IMG/VR virus record: IMGVR_UViG_3300020044_004534
Location: 1 to 36,074 of that record
DNA from: a virus
Taxonomy: Duplodnaviria; Caudoviricetes
DNA: 36,074 bases
Strand: one strand, 5' to 3'
Numbering within the stretch: position 1 is the stretch's first letter; every line of letters starts with the position of its first letter. The notes below the pieces were generated by a model. That model saw nothing but the letters and a program-made list of their open reading frames with translations. It did no database searches and was not told where the DNA came from. Positions 16,942-25,799 of the stretch are shown piece after piece. The position numbers and the translations under genes were made by a program.

Positions 16942-17222
16942 TGACATATTTTGAAGATGATTTCGATAACAACAATGAAGGATTCATAGACTTTGATAGC
17001 CTCAATGAGGAAGCCGAGATTCATAGGATTCAGTTGCATGAGGTAACAGAGGACACAAGCATTGCTGTTGGTATTCACCCTGTGGATTCTAGTAGTTTTG
17101 AAGTGTGGGCTGATGGTGGTTTGTTTGGTGAGAAAACCAAATACTTTTACGACTTTGAAGATTTTAGATTGTCGGCTAAGGAACTTTATCCTGACGCAGA
17201 TTGGGAGAATATCGGTTGGTAG
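16941..17222 (+). CDS. Hypothetical acidic protein
   Basis: SD AAGGAG. Confidence 0.7.
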   Translation: MTYFEDDFDNNNEGFIDFDSLNEEAEIHRIQLHEVTEDTSIAVGIHPVDSSSFEVWADGGLFGEKTKYFYDFEDFRLSAKELYPDADWENIGW

Positions 17223-17227
17223 ATTCA

Positions 17228-18619
17228 ATGCTGAAACCGTATCCTTATCAGGAGACGGACATTCAACGCATTGTTGCTAACAATGGCACAGGTATTGTTG
17301 CTACACAAGTAGGTGGCGGTAAAACCCTTATTGCTATTGAAGTGGCAAAGCGTGTCGGTTCTAAAACTAATCTTGTTATTGCACCTAAAGGCACACACAA
17401 ACGCGCCTGGGAGAAGACGATTGTTCGCCAGATCCCTGATGCTTCTGTGCGTTACATCAACAGCACAAAAGATGGTCAGCAGGCTTTTGTTGACTTGCAC
17501 AACAATGTTGCTGGTTGGTATTTGGTTGGGCCAGAGTTTTTCCGCAAGTTCCATTGGGCTGCTTGCAAACCAGAGTTGGCTATTTTTGATGAGGTGCATC
17601 GTGCGTCTAATCGTAAAAGCAAAACAGCAACCATGTTGCATACTCTAAAAGCAGAGCGTCGCATTGGTTTGTCTGGCACAATTGCCGGTAATAAGATTGA
17701 AGGTTTTTGGTCAGTGATTCGTTGGGTTCATCCTGAGGTTGCTGGTAAGAGTTTTTGGAAGTGGGTTGATGATTATTGTGTTACAAAGTTTGACCCGTTT
17801 GCTGGCAAGATTGTTTCAGGCGAGCGTAACGCTGGTGGTATTGTTGCTTCTTTGCCTTGCTATGTTCGTCACCTTAAGCGTGACAAGTGTTGTGATGTTC
17901 ACCCTGAGGGGATGGACGCTGACCTTCCGGCTATGCAAGTTGAAGAGCGCACAGTTGAGTTGTCTGCTGAACAGAAACGCATTTATAAAAAGATGGAGAA
18001 GGATCTAATTGTTTGGCTTGAAGGTAACCCAATGGTGGCAGAAGTCCCCATTGCTACTCGTATACGCTTACGTCAGATTACTCTCGGTGTCCCTACTGTT
18101 GACGGTGATGGAGTTGTTTCGTTTGCGAATGATTGCAAGTCCTCGAAGATTGATGAATTATTTTCAATCATTGGTGACTTACCAGATGGCGAACCTTTGC
18201 TTATTCTCACTCATTCACAAAAGTTTGCCGCTGTCGTCACTTCTCGTTTGGAGAACGCTGGAATCTCTGCTTTTGAATGGTCAGGTGCGAAGTCTCAGCA
18301 CGAAAGAGATAACGCGTTGGAAGCATTTATTGCAGGAAAAATACAGGCAGTCGTTGCTGTCATTGCAGCAATTGGAGAGGGAACTGATGGTTTGCAGGAG
18401 GTATGCTCTACTGTAGTATGGTTGTCTAAAGATGATAACCGTTTACTGAATGAGCAAGCAGCAGGTCGTTTGGACCGTCAAGGTCAGAAGAAAAGCGTGA
18501 TGTCGTTTGACATTATTGCTGAAGGCACATATGATGAAGGTCAGTTATCTAAGTTGGTAACAGACCAGTTGGCAATGAACGCAAGTTTGCGTGGAATGGA
18601 AGGAACAAGTGTTGACTAA
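17228..18619 (+). CDS. SF2 (SNF2-like) DNA helicase
   Basis: PYPYQ, VGGGKT, DEVH, LSGT, GTDGLQ, QAAGRLDRQGQ; start ATG 17228. Confidence 0.92.
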   Translation: MLKPYPYQETDIQRIVANNGTGIVATQVGGGKTLIAIEVAKRVGSKTNLVIAPKGTHKRAWEKTIVRQIPDASVRYINSTKDGQQAFVDLHNNVAGWYLVGPEFFRKFHWAACKPELAIFDEVHRASNRKSKTATMLHTLKAERRIGLSGTIAGNKIEGFWSVIRWVHPEVAGKSFWKWVDDYCVTKFDPFAGKIVSGERNAGGIVASLPCYVRHLKRDKCCDVHPEGMDADLPAMQVEERTVELSAEQKRIYKKMEKDLIVWLEGNPMVAEVPIATRIRLRQITLGVPTVDGDGVVSFANDCKSSKIDELFSIIGDLPDGEPLLILTHSQKFAAVVTSRLENAGISAFEWSGAKSQHERDNALEAFIAGKIQAVVAVIAAIGEGTDGLQEVCSTVVWLSKDDNRLLNEQAAGRLDRQGQKKSVMSFDIIAEGTYDEGQLSKLVTDQLAMNASLRGMEGTSVD

Positions 18620-18821
18620 GGAAGATATTGACCTCATGTCTGAGGGTCAGAAGCAGATTTTGTTGGAGGGTATGAAGATTGGTGCTCGTCAGCGTGAGGA
18701 TTCGGCGTTGAAGGCTTTGTATTGGGCTCGTGATGAGGCTGAGAAGGAAGGTTTTTCAAAGTCTTATATTGATGGTATTGAGACTGCTATTAAGTTTATT
18801 GAACGAGGTAGGGCAGACTAA
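18591..18821 (+). CDS. Hypothetical protein
   Basis: Fills gap; true start probably GTG/TTG near 18609. Confidence 0.6.
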   Translation: MEWKEQVLTKEDIDLMSEGQKQILLEGMKIGARQREDSALKALYWARDEAEKEGFSKSYIDGIETAIKFIERGRAD

Positions 18822-18823
18822 TC

Positions 18824-19219
18824 ATGCAACTGTGCAGAAAACAAGACTGCACAAGTAAAGTTCTCGCTAAAGGCATGTGCAACAAACACTACAAACAAGA
18901 CAGGAGGTCACGGATGCCAAAGTTAACAACCTCATACATTCCAGTGAACAATGTTTTGTGTGAAGAATGTGAGAGACCAGTCCAAGCGAAGATGCTTTGT
19001 GCAGGACACTACAAAGCCAAATGGCGTAGAGAGAATCCTGAAAAGGCTAAAGAAGAAAACAGACGCAACCACTTGAAGGAAAGAGAACGGAACCGGCTAC
19101 GCCGTGAAGCAGGGTTACCTGTGCGTAGACGCAAATCAACTATGAACCTTCAGAAAGAACTCGCATACGAGAAGATGGACATGTGGGAGTTTGTTAAAAA
19201 AGAAATGGGAATTGCATGA
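18824..19219 (+). CDS. Protein with two C-x-C...C-x2-H zinc-finger repeats
   Basis: C..QDC...AKGMCNKHY and CEEC...AKMLCAGHY. Confidence 0.7.
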   Translation: MQLCRKQDCTSKVLAKGMCNKHYKQDRRSRMPKLTTSYIPVNNVLCEECERPVQAKMLCAGHYKAKWRRENPEKAKEENRRNHLKERERNRLRREAGLPVRRRKSTMNLQKELAYEKMDMWEFVKKEMGIA

Positions 19220-19734
19220 TTATTGGAATTACAGGCTATGCTGGTGTAGGTAAGGACACGCTTGCAGATTTGCTTAAACCTTACAAGTTTCACAAGCGTT
19301 CATTTGCTGACAAAGTTCGTGAAGCATATTACGAAGTTGCACCTGATTCGCATCGTGAAGCAATTCAAATGTATGGTTGGGATCTTGCCAAGCGAGGCAA
19401 CATTCACATCCGTATCGGTTTGCAAGGTGTTGGTGCAATGTGTCGCAAAGTGTTTGGTAAAACATTTTGGATTGACCAAGCAATGCCAACAGCTGATGAA
19501 CTGCTTGACCTGAATATTGTGTATGCTGATGTTCGATACCCGAACGAGGCTGAAGCAATTTGGGACAAGGGCGGTTATGTGATTCGTTTGAAACGAGACG
19601 CAATTCAACCTGTCAATGGTCACGAATCTGAGATTTTACTTGATACAATTGAGGCTGATCTTGTGATTGAAAACAAAACACCCGAAGAAGAACTTGACAT
19701 TTTGTTAAAGTTTGTTAACATAAATAAGCATTAA
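19216..19734 (+). CDS. Deoxynucleoside monophosphate kinase
   Basis: IIGITGYAGVGKDT, SFAD, DVRYPNE, HESE. Confidence 0.88.
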   Translation: MIIGITGYAGVGKDTLADLLKPYKFHKRSFADKVREAYYEVAPDSHREAIQMYGWDLAKRGNIHIRIGLQGVGAMCRKVFGKTFWIDQAMPTADELLDLNIVYADVRYPNEAEAIWDKGGYVIRLKRDAIQPVNGHESEILLDTIEADLVIENKTPEEELDILLKFVNINKH

Positions 19735-19749
19735 GAAGGAGGCTGTTCA

Positions 19750-20112
19750 TTGGCTGGTTTCACAAACGACAAATACGAACCTGAATACTATGGCATTGGT
19801 CGTAACGCAATCCGCCAATGGGCTGCTTTATCTGAGGCTATGAATGATGAGCCTTGGTATCCTTGTCTAAACAACCCTTACTATTACACAGATTATGAAG
19901 GCCACAACCTTGACCCTTTAACAGTTGATGATGTTGAGTCTCTCTGTGCAGATTGTCCGTTGTTGAAGTTGTGTTACGATTTTGCTGTAGCAAGCGAACA
20001 AGAGCATGGCATTTGGGGTGGTGTTTCTTTTTATAAGAACCTCACCGTCATTGATGAGAAATATGTTTATATGGAGAATGGGAATAATTCCGAGGATGGA
20101 ATGATTTTCTAA
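19750..20112 (+). CDS. whiB: WhiB-family Fe-S transcription factor
   Basis: C...LCADCPL...C...GIWGG. Confidence 0.85.
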   Translation: MAGFTNDKYEPEYYGIGRNAIRQWAALSEAMNDEPWYPCLNNPYYYTDYEGHNLDPLTVDDVESLCADCPLLKLCYDFAVASEQEHGIWGGVSFYKNLTVIDEKYVYMENGNNSEDGMIF

Positions 20113-20136
20113 GTAACACAACAATTAGGAGAATAA

Positions 20137-20859
20137 ATGTTGCACGATATGCAGGTTAAAGATTTAACCGTTAGGTTGTTTAAACTTAAAACAGACCGTG
20201 ATAAACAACGCAAAGTTGGCGCAAGTCAAATTAGCGACCCTTGCACTTATCACCTTGCTAAGGCTCTGATGGGTAAACCAGAAGCAGAGTTTAGATATTG
20301 GCTTGGTGGAAAATTGGGAACCGCAACGCACATGTTCATTGAAGATGCGATTAGCAAAACAGATGTTGCTGAGTTCCCTGAATTGTCTGGTGCTGTAGTT
20401 GAGAAGAAAATCATTCTTGGTGAACTTCCCAACTATGGCACAGTCAGTAGCAAACCTGACCTTGCATTGATTGATGTTGGTCATTTGATTGACTGGAAGA
20501 CAAGCACTCGTGACAAGATGAAGAAACTTCAAAAGGTTTTGGACGCTTGGGAGAATGGTGTTGAGCCGAAAGATTCTGCTTCTGTGTATACTTTGCAGAA
20601 ATATATTGCACAGGTTCAGTTGTATGCTTGGGGTTTGGAGAAGGCTGGGACACCGGTTGATGGTTGTTCTTTGGTTTTCATTAATCGTGATGGCACAACA
20701 GAGGCCGACATTTGGACTCACACGTTCGAGTATGACAAATCTTTAGCTGAGGCTATGTGGTCTCGATTGGAAAAGATCTGGTCAATGCTTGAATCTGGTG
20801 CTGGGCCTGACAAGTTTGAACAGGATGGAGATTGTTTTAAATGCAACATGGGAATATAA
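20137..20859 (+). CDS. Cas4-like PD-(D/E)XK exonuclease
   Basis: GAS...PC, GTA.H, E, D...DWKT, QVQLY, C-terminal CxxC. Confidence 0.85.
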   Translation: MLHDMQVKDLTVRLFKLKTDRDKQRKVGASQISDPCTYHLAKALMGKPEAEFRYWLGGKLGTATHMFIEDAISKTDVAEFPELSGAVVEKKIILGELPNYGTVSSKPDLALIDVGHLIDWKTSTRDKMKKLQKVLDAWENGVEPKDSASVYTLQKYIAQVQLYAWGLEKAGTPVDGCSLVFINRDGTTEADIWTHTFEYDKSLAEAMWSRLEKIWSMLESGAGPDKFEQDGDCFKCNMGI

Positions 20860-21117
20860 AAAGATTAATTATCGGCGTGTCGCTAGTATCTACAGTGTTT
20901 CGTGTAGTTTTTGGTGTTATACTTTTACTAGCATTTAAAGAAGTATCAACCGAAGGGTTGAAGATTATTTTGTGGACCTCAGGAATGGGCTTCATACTTT
21001 TCTCAATCTTCAAACTTTACAAGTTACAAAAGTTTTTAAAAAAGATTTAAAAACAGGGAATAAATCAAATATGGTATGCTATTATACCTATTACACACAA
21101 ACAAAAGGATGATAAAA

Positions 21118-21852
21118 ATGGGTGACACAAACTTCCCCGAATTAGCCTTTGCCAAATTCATTAAAAAGGCAGACCAGCTAAATGCACCAAAATCAATTCT
21201 TCTCTACGGAGACCCAAAGAACGGCAAGACTTGGCTCGCTGCATCAGCAAGCGAAGTAGAAGCACTCTCACCTGTGCTACTAATTGACGTAGAAGGTGGC
21301 GCATCAGCCATTGCACGAGACTGGCGTGACGTTGACGTAATCAACGTAGAATCACACCAGCAACTAGATCAGGTCCTAGAGGGCCTAATCACCACCGAAC
21401 ACAAATACAAGACTGTTATCATTGACACTCTTGGTGTAGCGATGGACCGAGCAGAAAAGTTCTTCGGTGAAAAGCCAGAGAACAAGAACAACAAGTTTGG
21501 TAAATGGGGCGAGTTGAAAGAATGGACAAACAAAACAGTCCGAGCCCTTCACTCAGCACCATTCCTAGCAATCCTGATTGCACATGCACAGGACGAAAAG
21601 GATGAACAAACAGGAGCAGTAAAGGTTATGCCAATGCTCCCAGGTTCAGCCAAGAACACTCTTCCAGCAATCCCCGACATCATCGGATACATGACTGCTG
21701 AGAAGACCGAAGACGGAGTTAAGCGTGTGCTAAACTTGCAGTCCTCAGACCGTTTGGTATCGGGTAACCGATTCGGTTTAGCACCAAAACTTTATGAGCC
21801 AACCATGAAGAAAATTATCGACAAGATTAATGAACTAGGAGAAGTAAAATAA
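21118..21852 (+). CDS. AAA-family ATPase (AAA_24/Sak4-like recombination protein)
   Basis: LLYGDPKNGKT, IDVEGG, VIIDT, IAH; start ATG 21118. Confidence 0.85.
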   Translation: MGDTNFPELAFAKFIKKADQLNAPKSILLYGDPKNGKTWLAASASEVEALSPVLLIDVEGGASAIARDWRDVDVINVESHQQLDQVLEGLITTEHKYKTVIIDTLGVAMDRAEKFFGEKPENKNNKFGKWGELKEWTNKTVRALHSAPFLAILIAHAQDEKDEQTGAVKVMPMLPGSAKNTLPAIPDIIGYMTAEKTEDGVKRVLNLQSSDRLVSGNRFGLAPKLYEPTMKKIIDKINELGEVK

Positions 21853-22328
21853 TGAGCGACCTCATTCTCAACATTCCGGCAGACCTACCGGCATCAAACT
21901 CTGGTCAAAGCCTACAGCCTGTACCAAAGGGCAACTATTCTGTAACCGTATTTGACATCAAGTCAGAGACCGTAAACTCGGGTGCTAACGCTGGTAAGCC
22001 ACGTTGGAACGTACAGTTGCGTGTGTCTGAAGGTCAGTACGAAAACCGTCGCTTCTTCGCATACATTCCACTGTATGTGGCTGGCGACTTCTGGAAGACA
22101 CAGTCTTTCTTCGAGTCACTAGGTTACGAAGTCAAGGGTGCGTTTAAGCTTCCTGAGGTTAACGAAGTGCTTGGCAAGGCACTGACTGCTCGCATCACTG
22201 TGCGTGAAGCAGATGGTCAGTACGAGGCTTCAAACAACGTTGCAGGCTTCAACGCCCCAACCTCTGGTGGTTCAGCCGCAGACAACCTTGCTGCAATCGG
22301 TGCAACACCTGCCGGTAGCGTCTGGTAA
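21852..22328 (+). CDS. DUF669-like phage ssDNA-binding protein
   Basis: P.PKG.Y.V, G.Y.NRRFF; follows the Sak4-like ATPase. Confidence 0.75.
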   Translation: MSDLILNIPADLPASNSGQSLQPVPKGNYSVTVFDIKSETVNSGANAGKPRWNVQLRVSEGQYENRRFFAYIPLYVAGDFWKTQSFFESLGYEVKGAFKLPEVNEVLGKALTARITVREADGQYEASNNVAGFNAPTSGGSAADNLAAIGATPAGSVW

Positions 22329-22374
22329 TACCTGAATGGGCAGTCCTGAGACATGACTTAAAACTGTCTCACAA

Positions 22375-22444
22375 GCCTCCACTGGTGGAGCATGGGTTCC
22401 CTCCTTTCCCATGCAGTCAAGTTCGATCCTTGACCGAGGCACGC
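22375..22444 (+). ncRNA. tRNA-like RNA with anti-SD loop (not a canonical tRNA)
   Basis: Acceptor-like GCCTC/GAGGC, T-arm GTCAAG-TTCGATC-CTTGAC, 7-bp stem GCATGGG/CCCATGC closing TTCCCTCCTTT; immediately 5' of two tRNAs. Confidence 0.6.
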
Positions 22445-22451
22445 AACATAA

Positions 22452-22524
22452 TGGGATATAACTCAGCTGGCAGAGTGTTCGACTGTTAATCGAAATGTCG
22501 CAGGTTCGAGCCCTGCTATCCCAG
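22452..22524 (+). tRNA. tRNA-Asn(GTT)
   Basis: Cloverleaf TGGGATA/TATCCCA; anticodon arm TTCGA-CTGTTAA-TCGAA; GGTTCGAG T-loop; CCA not encoded. Confidence 0.9.
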
Positions 22525-22528
22525 CAAC

Positions 22529-22604
22529 GCCACCTTAGCTCCAATGGTAGAGCGCCGCCTTTGTAACGCGGATGTTATCGGTTCGAGTCCGATAGGTGGC
22601 TCCA
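22529..22604 (+). tRNA. tRNA-Thr(TGT)
   Basis: GCCACCT/AGGTGGC acceptor, loop TTTGTAA, GGTTCGAGTCC, encoded CCA. Confidence 0.85.
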
Positions 22605-22641
22605 CAACGTAACATTAAAAGGAGAAAGAAAGAAGGGCAAA

Positions 22642-24834
22642 ATGGAAATCGTAGACTTCCTCGAAACAATCTATGGCAACGGTGCAGGCTACGCAACCAT
22701 TGTGACCAAAGACGCACACGGCAACCCAACAGTGCAAAAGTTTTTCAGCTACCCAGACGAAATCGACGACATGGTCGAATACTCAAAGAAGAACGCATCA
22801 AACGATGTCTACTTCTCACCAATCGTCTACTATGAACAGCGTCGCATTCGTGAAAACGCAAAATCGGTAGCAGTCGTATATGCAGACGCAGACACTTGTG
22901 CACCAGAAAACTTCAGACTACAACCATCAATCGTGGTAAAAACATCTGAAGGACGCTGGCACACATACTGGGTGCTAGACAACTCATACGACCCACACCG
23001 CATCGCAATGGCCTCCAAGCGTGTCGCATACGCACACAAAGACCAAGGCTGTGACCTGTCAGGTTGGAACCCAACCAAACTATTGCGTATCCCAAAAACA
23101 GCAAACGAAAAATACGCAAACAAACAAATCGTTACAGCATACTCAACAGGTGTTGTTTATACTCTTGAAGAAATTGAAAAAGTATATTCAGACATCACAG
23201 TCGAGTCTGTGCTAGAAGTAGACACCACACCACTACCAGAAAAAACCCCAGAGGTTATGGCAGTGTTGGCTAAACTTCCAGCAAACGCAGACATCATGGC
23301 CCTATACATGGAAGAACCATTCCCTGGAGCCGACATGTCAAAGATGTTGTGGAAACTAGAAATGGAACTGTTCCGAGCAGGTCTAACAGCAGACGAAGTA
23401 TTCGTAATCTGTAAACATGCAAAGTGCAACAAATACCACTCACCAAGTCGTGCAAAACGCTTAGATGCAGACGGCGACCTATGGCGTGAAGTATTAAGAG
23501 CGCAACAGTCATACATTCAACCAGAAGCAAACATCGAACCACTAGCAGCACAAGCCGAATTTGAAAGAGACATCGACTTCCTAAACGAAGAAGAACGTGC
23601 TTTCGTAAAACAGCGACCAACATTCATTGATAAGTATGTTGGTTGGGCTGCAAAAAAGACCGACGGAGCAGTGCAATACCAGATCGCTTCAGCGTTCACC
23701 ATGCTCTCAGCTGCCTTCTCCGACACCGGATACGGCACACCAAAGTATGGCAAACTCGGTCTAAACCTTTGGTTCATGGTCTTAGGAGAAACAACCCTAA
23801 GTCGTAAATCAACATCACGCCAACTCATGCTACGCATGCTACGTTCATACGAAAAATTTGTTGGCTACCAAATCGATATCGGTTCAAACGTAACCGCTGA
23901 AGGTTTGGTAAAACACCTTGCAGGTCGAGACAAAATGACCTCCTTGTTCCACCGAGACGAAGTTCAAGGTATGTTCAAAGAGTTCGTTACCAAAACCTAC
24001 ATGGCAACAGCTGCAGACCAGTTCACCGAACTCTACGACGGACACGTCCCAGTAGTAATTCGTTCAACAGGTGGCAAAAACGCTAGTTCCGCCGTTCAAT
24101 CAGATCGTGCAGAAACCAACTTCATCATGTTCCTCATGGGAATTACAAGTAAAGTATCAGAAATCCTGACAGTAGATTACTTCCGTTCAGGATTCCTAGC
24201 CCGATTCTTGTATGTTGTTGCAGACGCACCTGCTAGAACCTACGAACTAGAAGCAGTATCGCAAGCAGAAGACGAAGTGGCCTCATACCAAGACTTCGAG
24301 ATGGATGAACTAGTACGCTCAATCTATGACAGTGCACTCTACTGGCAGAAAAAAGGCGCACCATTCCCTCGCCCAGTCCGAATGACCGATGAAGCACTAG
24401 AACGATTCAACAAGTTCAAGTGGGACATGGGAACATTCACCGAAGGTCACCCAAACGAAGACTCAATCGAGCCTTCACGTCAACGACTTGCACTATCCAT
24501 TTGGAAATGTGCAATCCTGTTAGCAATGTATGACCGTTCTGATGAAGTGCAAGTAGACCATGTGTTGATTGCAATTCACTACAGCGAAGACTGGTTCCGT
24601 AACCTAGTTCGCATGGCTGACTCAATCAGCGAATCAGAATGGCAACGAGAAGTAGACAACCTCGAAGCACTAGTCACCAACAAAGGTGGTCGTGTGCGTT
24701 ACGAAGAAGCCTACAAGCGTTTTGGAAACAAACGCAAACGTGAATTTGATGAGATGGTAGAAGCCCTCAAGTCACAGGCACGAATCAAAACCGTAGTTGA
24801 AAATCAGAAGACATTCTTGGAGGTAGTAGCATGA
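22642..24834 (+). CDS. DNA primase-helicase (RepB-type primase N-terminus plus DUF3987-like ATPase)
   Basis: DVYFSP, YADAD, TS.GRWH.YW.L, LLRIP.T.N.K; GETT..RKST, RDE, SGFLARF. Confidence 0.8.
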   Translation: MEIVDFLETIYGNGAGYATIVTKDAHGNPTVQKFFSYPDEIDDMVEYSKKNASNDVYFSPIVYYEQRRIRENAKSVAVVYADADTCAPENFRLQPSIVVKTSEGRWHTYWVLDNSYDPHRIAMASKRVAYAHKDQGCDLSGWNPTKLLRIPKTANEKYANKQIVTAYSTGVVYTLEEIEKVYSDITVESVLEVDTTPLPEKTPEVMAVLAKLPANADIMALYMEEPFPGADMSKMLWKLEMELFRAGLTADEVFVICKHAKCNKYHSPSRAKRLDADGDLWREVLRAQQSYIQPEANIEPLAAQAEFERDIDFLNEEERAFVKQRPTFIDKYVGWAAKKTDGAVQYQIASAFTMLSAAFSDTGYGTPKYGKLGLNLWFMVLGETTLSRKSTSRQLMLRMLRSYEKFVGYQIDIGSNVTAEGLVKHLAGRDKMTSLFHRDEVQGMFKEFVTKTYMATAADQFTELYDGHVPVVIRSTGGKNASSAVQSDRAETNFIMFLMGITSKVSEILTVDYFRSGFLARFLYVVADAPARTYELEAVSQAEDEVASYQDFEMDELVRSIYDSALYWQKKGAPFPRPVRMTDEALERFNKFKWDMGTFTEGHPNEDSIEPSRQRLALSIWKCAILLAMYDRSDEVQVDHVLIAIHYSEDWFRNLVRMADSISESEWQREVDNLEALVTNKGGRVRYEEAYKRFGNKRKREFDEMVEALKSQARIKTVVENQKTFLEVVA

Positions 24835-25229
24835 GTCCACACGACTCGCTAATGTTTGTAGCATTAGCAATTCGCATGAGAGATAACGCAGAAAAACTAT
24901 CACCAGAAGAGTTTGAACAACTACTAAAGGAAGTTGCATGGTTTGGTGTGATGTCTAATAGGCAACTCGCCAAACTGTGCAAATACCGAATGAGCCATGT
25001 TCGTATCGGTAAAATCATTCCAAAAATTAGTAAAACTGGTGGAGAAGTAAACCCATCAGACCTTGAAAAGATGCGAGCAATTATCTTTTCAAAAAGCATC
25101 AACCAAGTTGACTACAAACTAGTCCTAGATGTTGCCAGCAATGGCACATCGCAACGCATGTTGTCAAGGATTACAGGAATTAGTCAAGGGCTTATTAGTA
25201 GAAAGAAAAACGATGGATCTTTTCAGTAA
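24831..25229 (+). CDS. Hypothetical DNA-binding protein (HTH-like)
   Basis: SNRQLAK and SQRMLSRITGISQGLIS. Confidence 0.7.
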   Translation: MSPHDSLMFVALAIRMRDNAEKLSPEEFEQLLKEVAWFGVMSNRQLAKLCKYRMSHVRIGKIIPKISKTGGEVNPSDLEKMRAIIFSKSINQVDYKLVLDVASNGTSQRMLSRITGISQGLISRKKNDGSFQ

Positions 25230-25359
25230 AAAAGCCAAGTTCGATTTAGTGAAAGAAGACGAGAAAGCTTTAGAGTTTCACAAAAATCGTTACGATAATG
25301 GCAGTAGAGATCCCCTAGCCAAACTGTGCTGGCAAACACTCGAGTTGCGTAGACGATGA
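25213..25359 (+). CDS. Hypothetical protein
   Basis: ATG 25213 (MDLFSKKA...), ATGA overlap with next gene. Confidence 0.5.
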   Translation: MDLFSKKAKFDLVKEDEKALEFHKNRYDNGSRDPLAKLCWQTLELRRR

Positions 25360-25799
25360 AGTTCCTATCACTCGACCCAGGTGGCACAACAGGGTTCGCA
25401 ATCATCAACTATGGGCGCACACAAGCGCCTATAGTTGAGCGATTCGGACAAATCACTGACGGCTTAGATGGCTTCATAAAATGGTATGACATCAACGGCA
25501 GATACGACTGGTCTTTTGTAGTCTGTGAATCGTTCATCCTACGACCAGGGGTCCATGGTGCAGATATCACCCCAGCATACGTTATCGGCGCATTAGCCGC
25601 CCTAGAAGCCGCACATGACTGCACAGTGGCATACCAGCCACCAAGCCAGAAGAAACTCTGTGACGATGATGTGCTAAAAAGAATGGGCTTATACCAGCCC
25701 GGTAAACCACACGCCAATGACGCAATTCGCCACGGTATAATTTACTTAAGAAATCAAAAACATTTACCAACGCTAAAACTTGGTTGGTCGGAGGAATAA
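25356..25799 (+). CDS. RuvC-like Holliday junction resolvase
   Basis: LSLDPGGTTG, VVCE, HANDA.RH. Confidence 0.85.
   Translation: MKFLSLDPGGTTGFAIINYGRTQAPIVERFGQITDGLDGFIKWYDINGRYDWSFVVCESFILRPGVHGADITPAYVIGALAALEAAHDCTVAYQPPSQKKLCDDDVLKRMGLYQPGKPHANDAIRHGIIYLRNQKHLPTLKLGWSEE

Noticed and set aside
20841-21050. 69-aa hydrophobic ORF as a membrane protein
   Set aside because: No SD, overlaps the upstream gene and spans promoter-like and inverted-repeat elements; left unannotated though not excluded
22375-22444. Calling this element a functional tRNA (e.g. Gly/Glu/Arg) or an attP site
   Set aside because: 11-nt loop, 5-bp acceptor and truncated D-arm are incompatible with normal decoding; no integrase in the window
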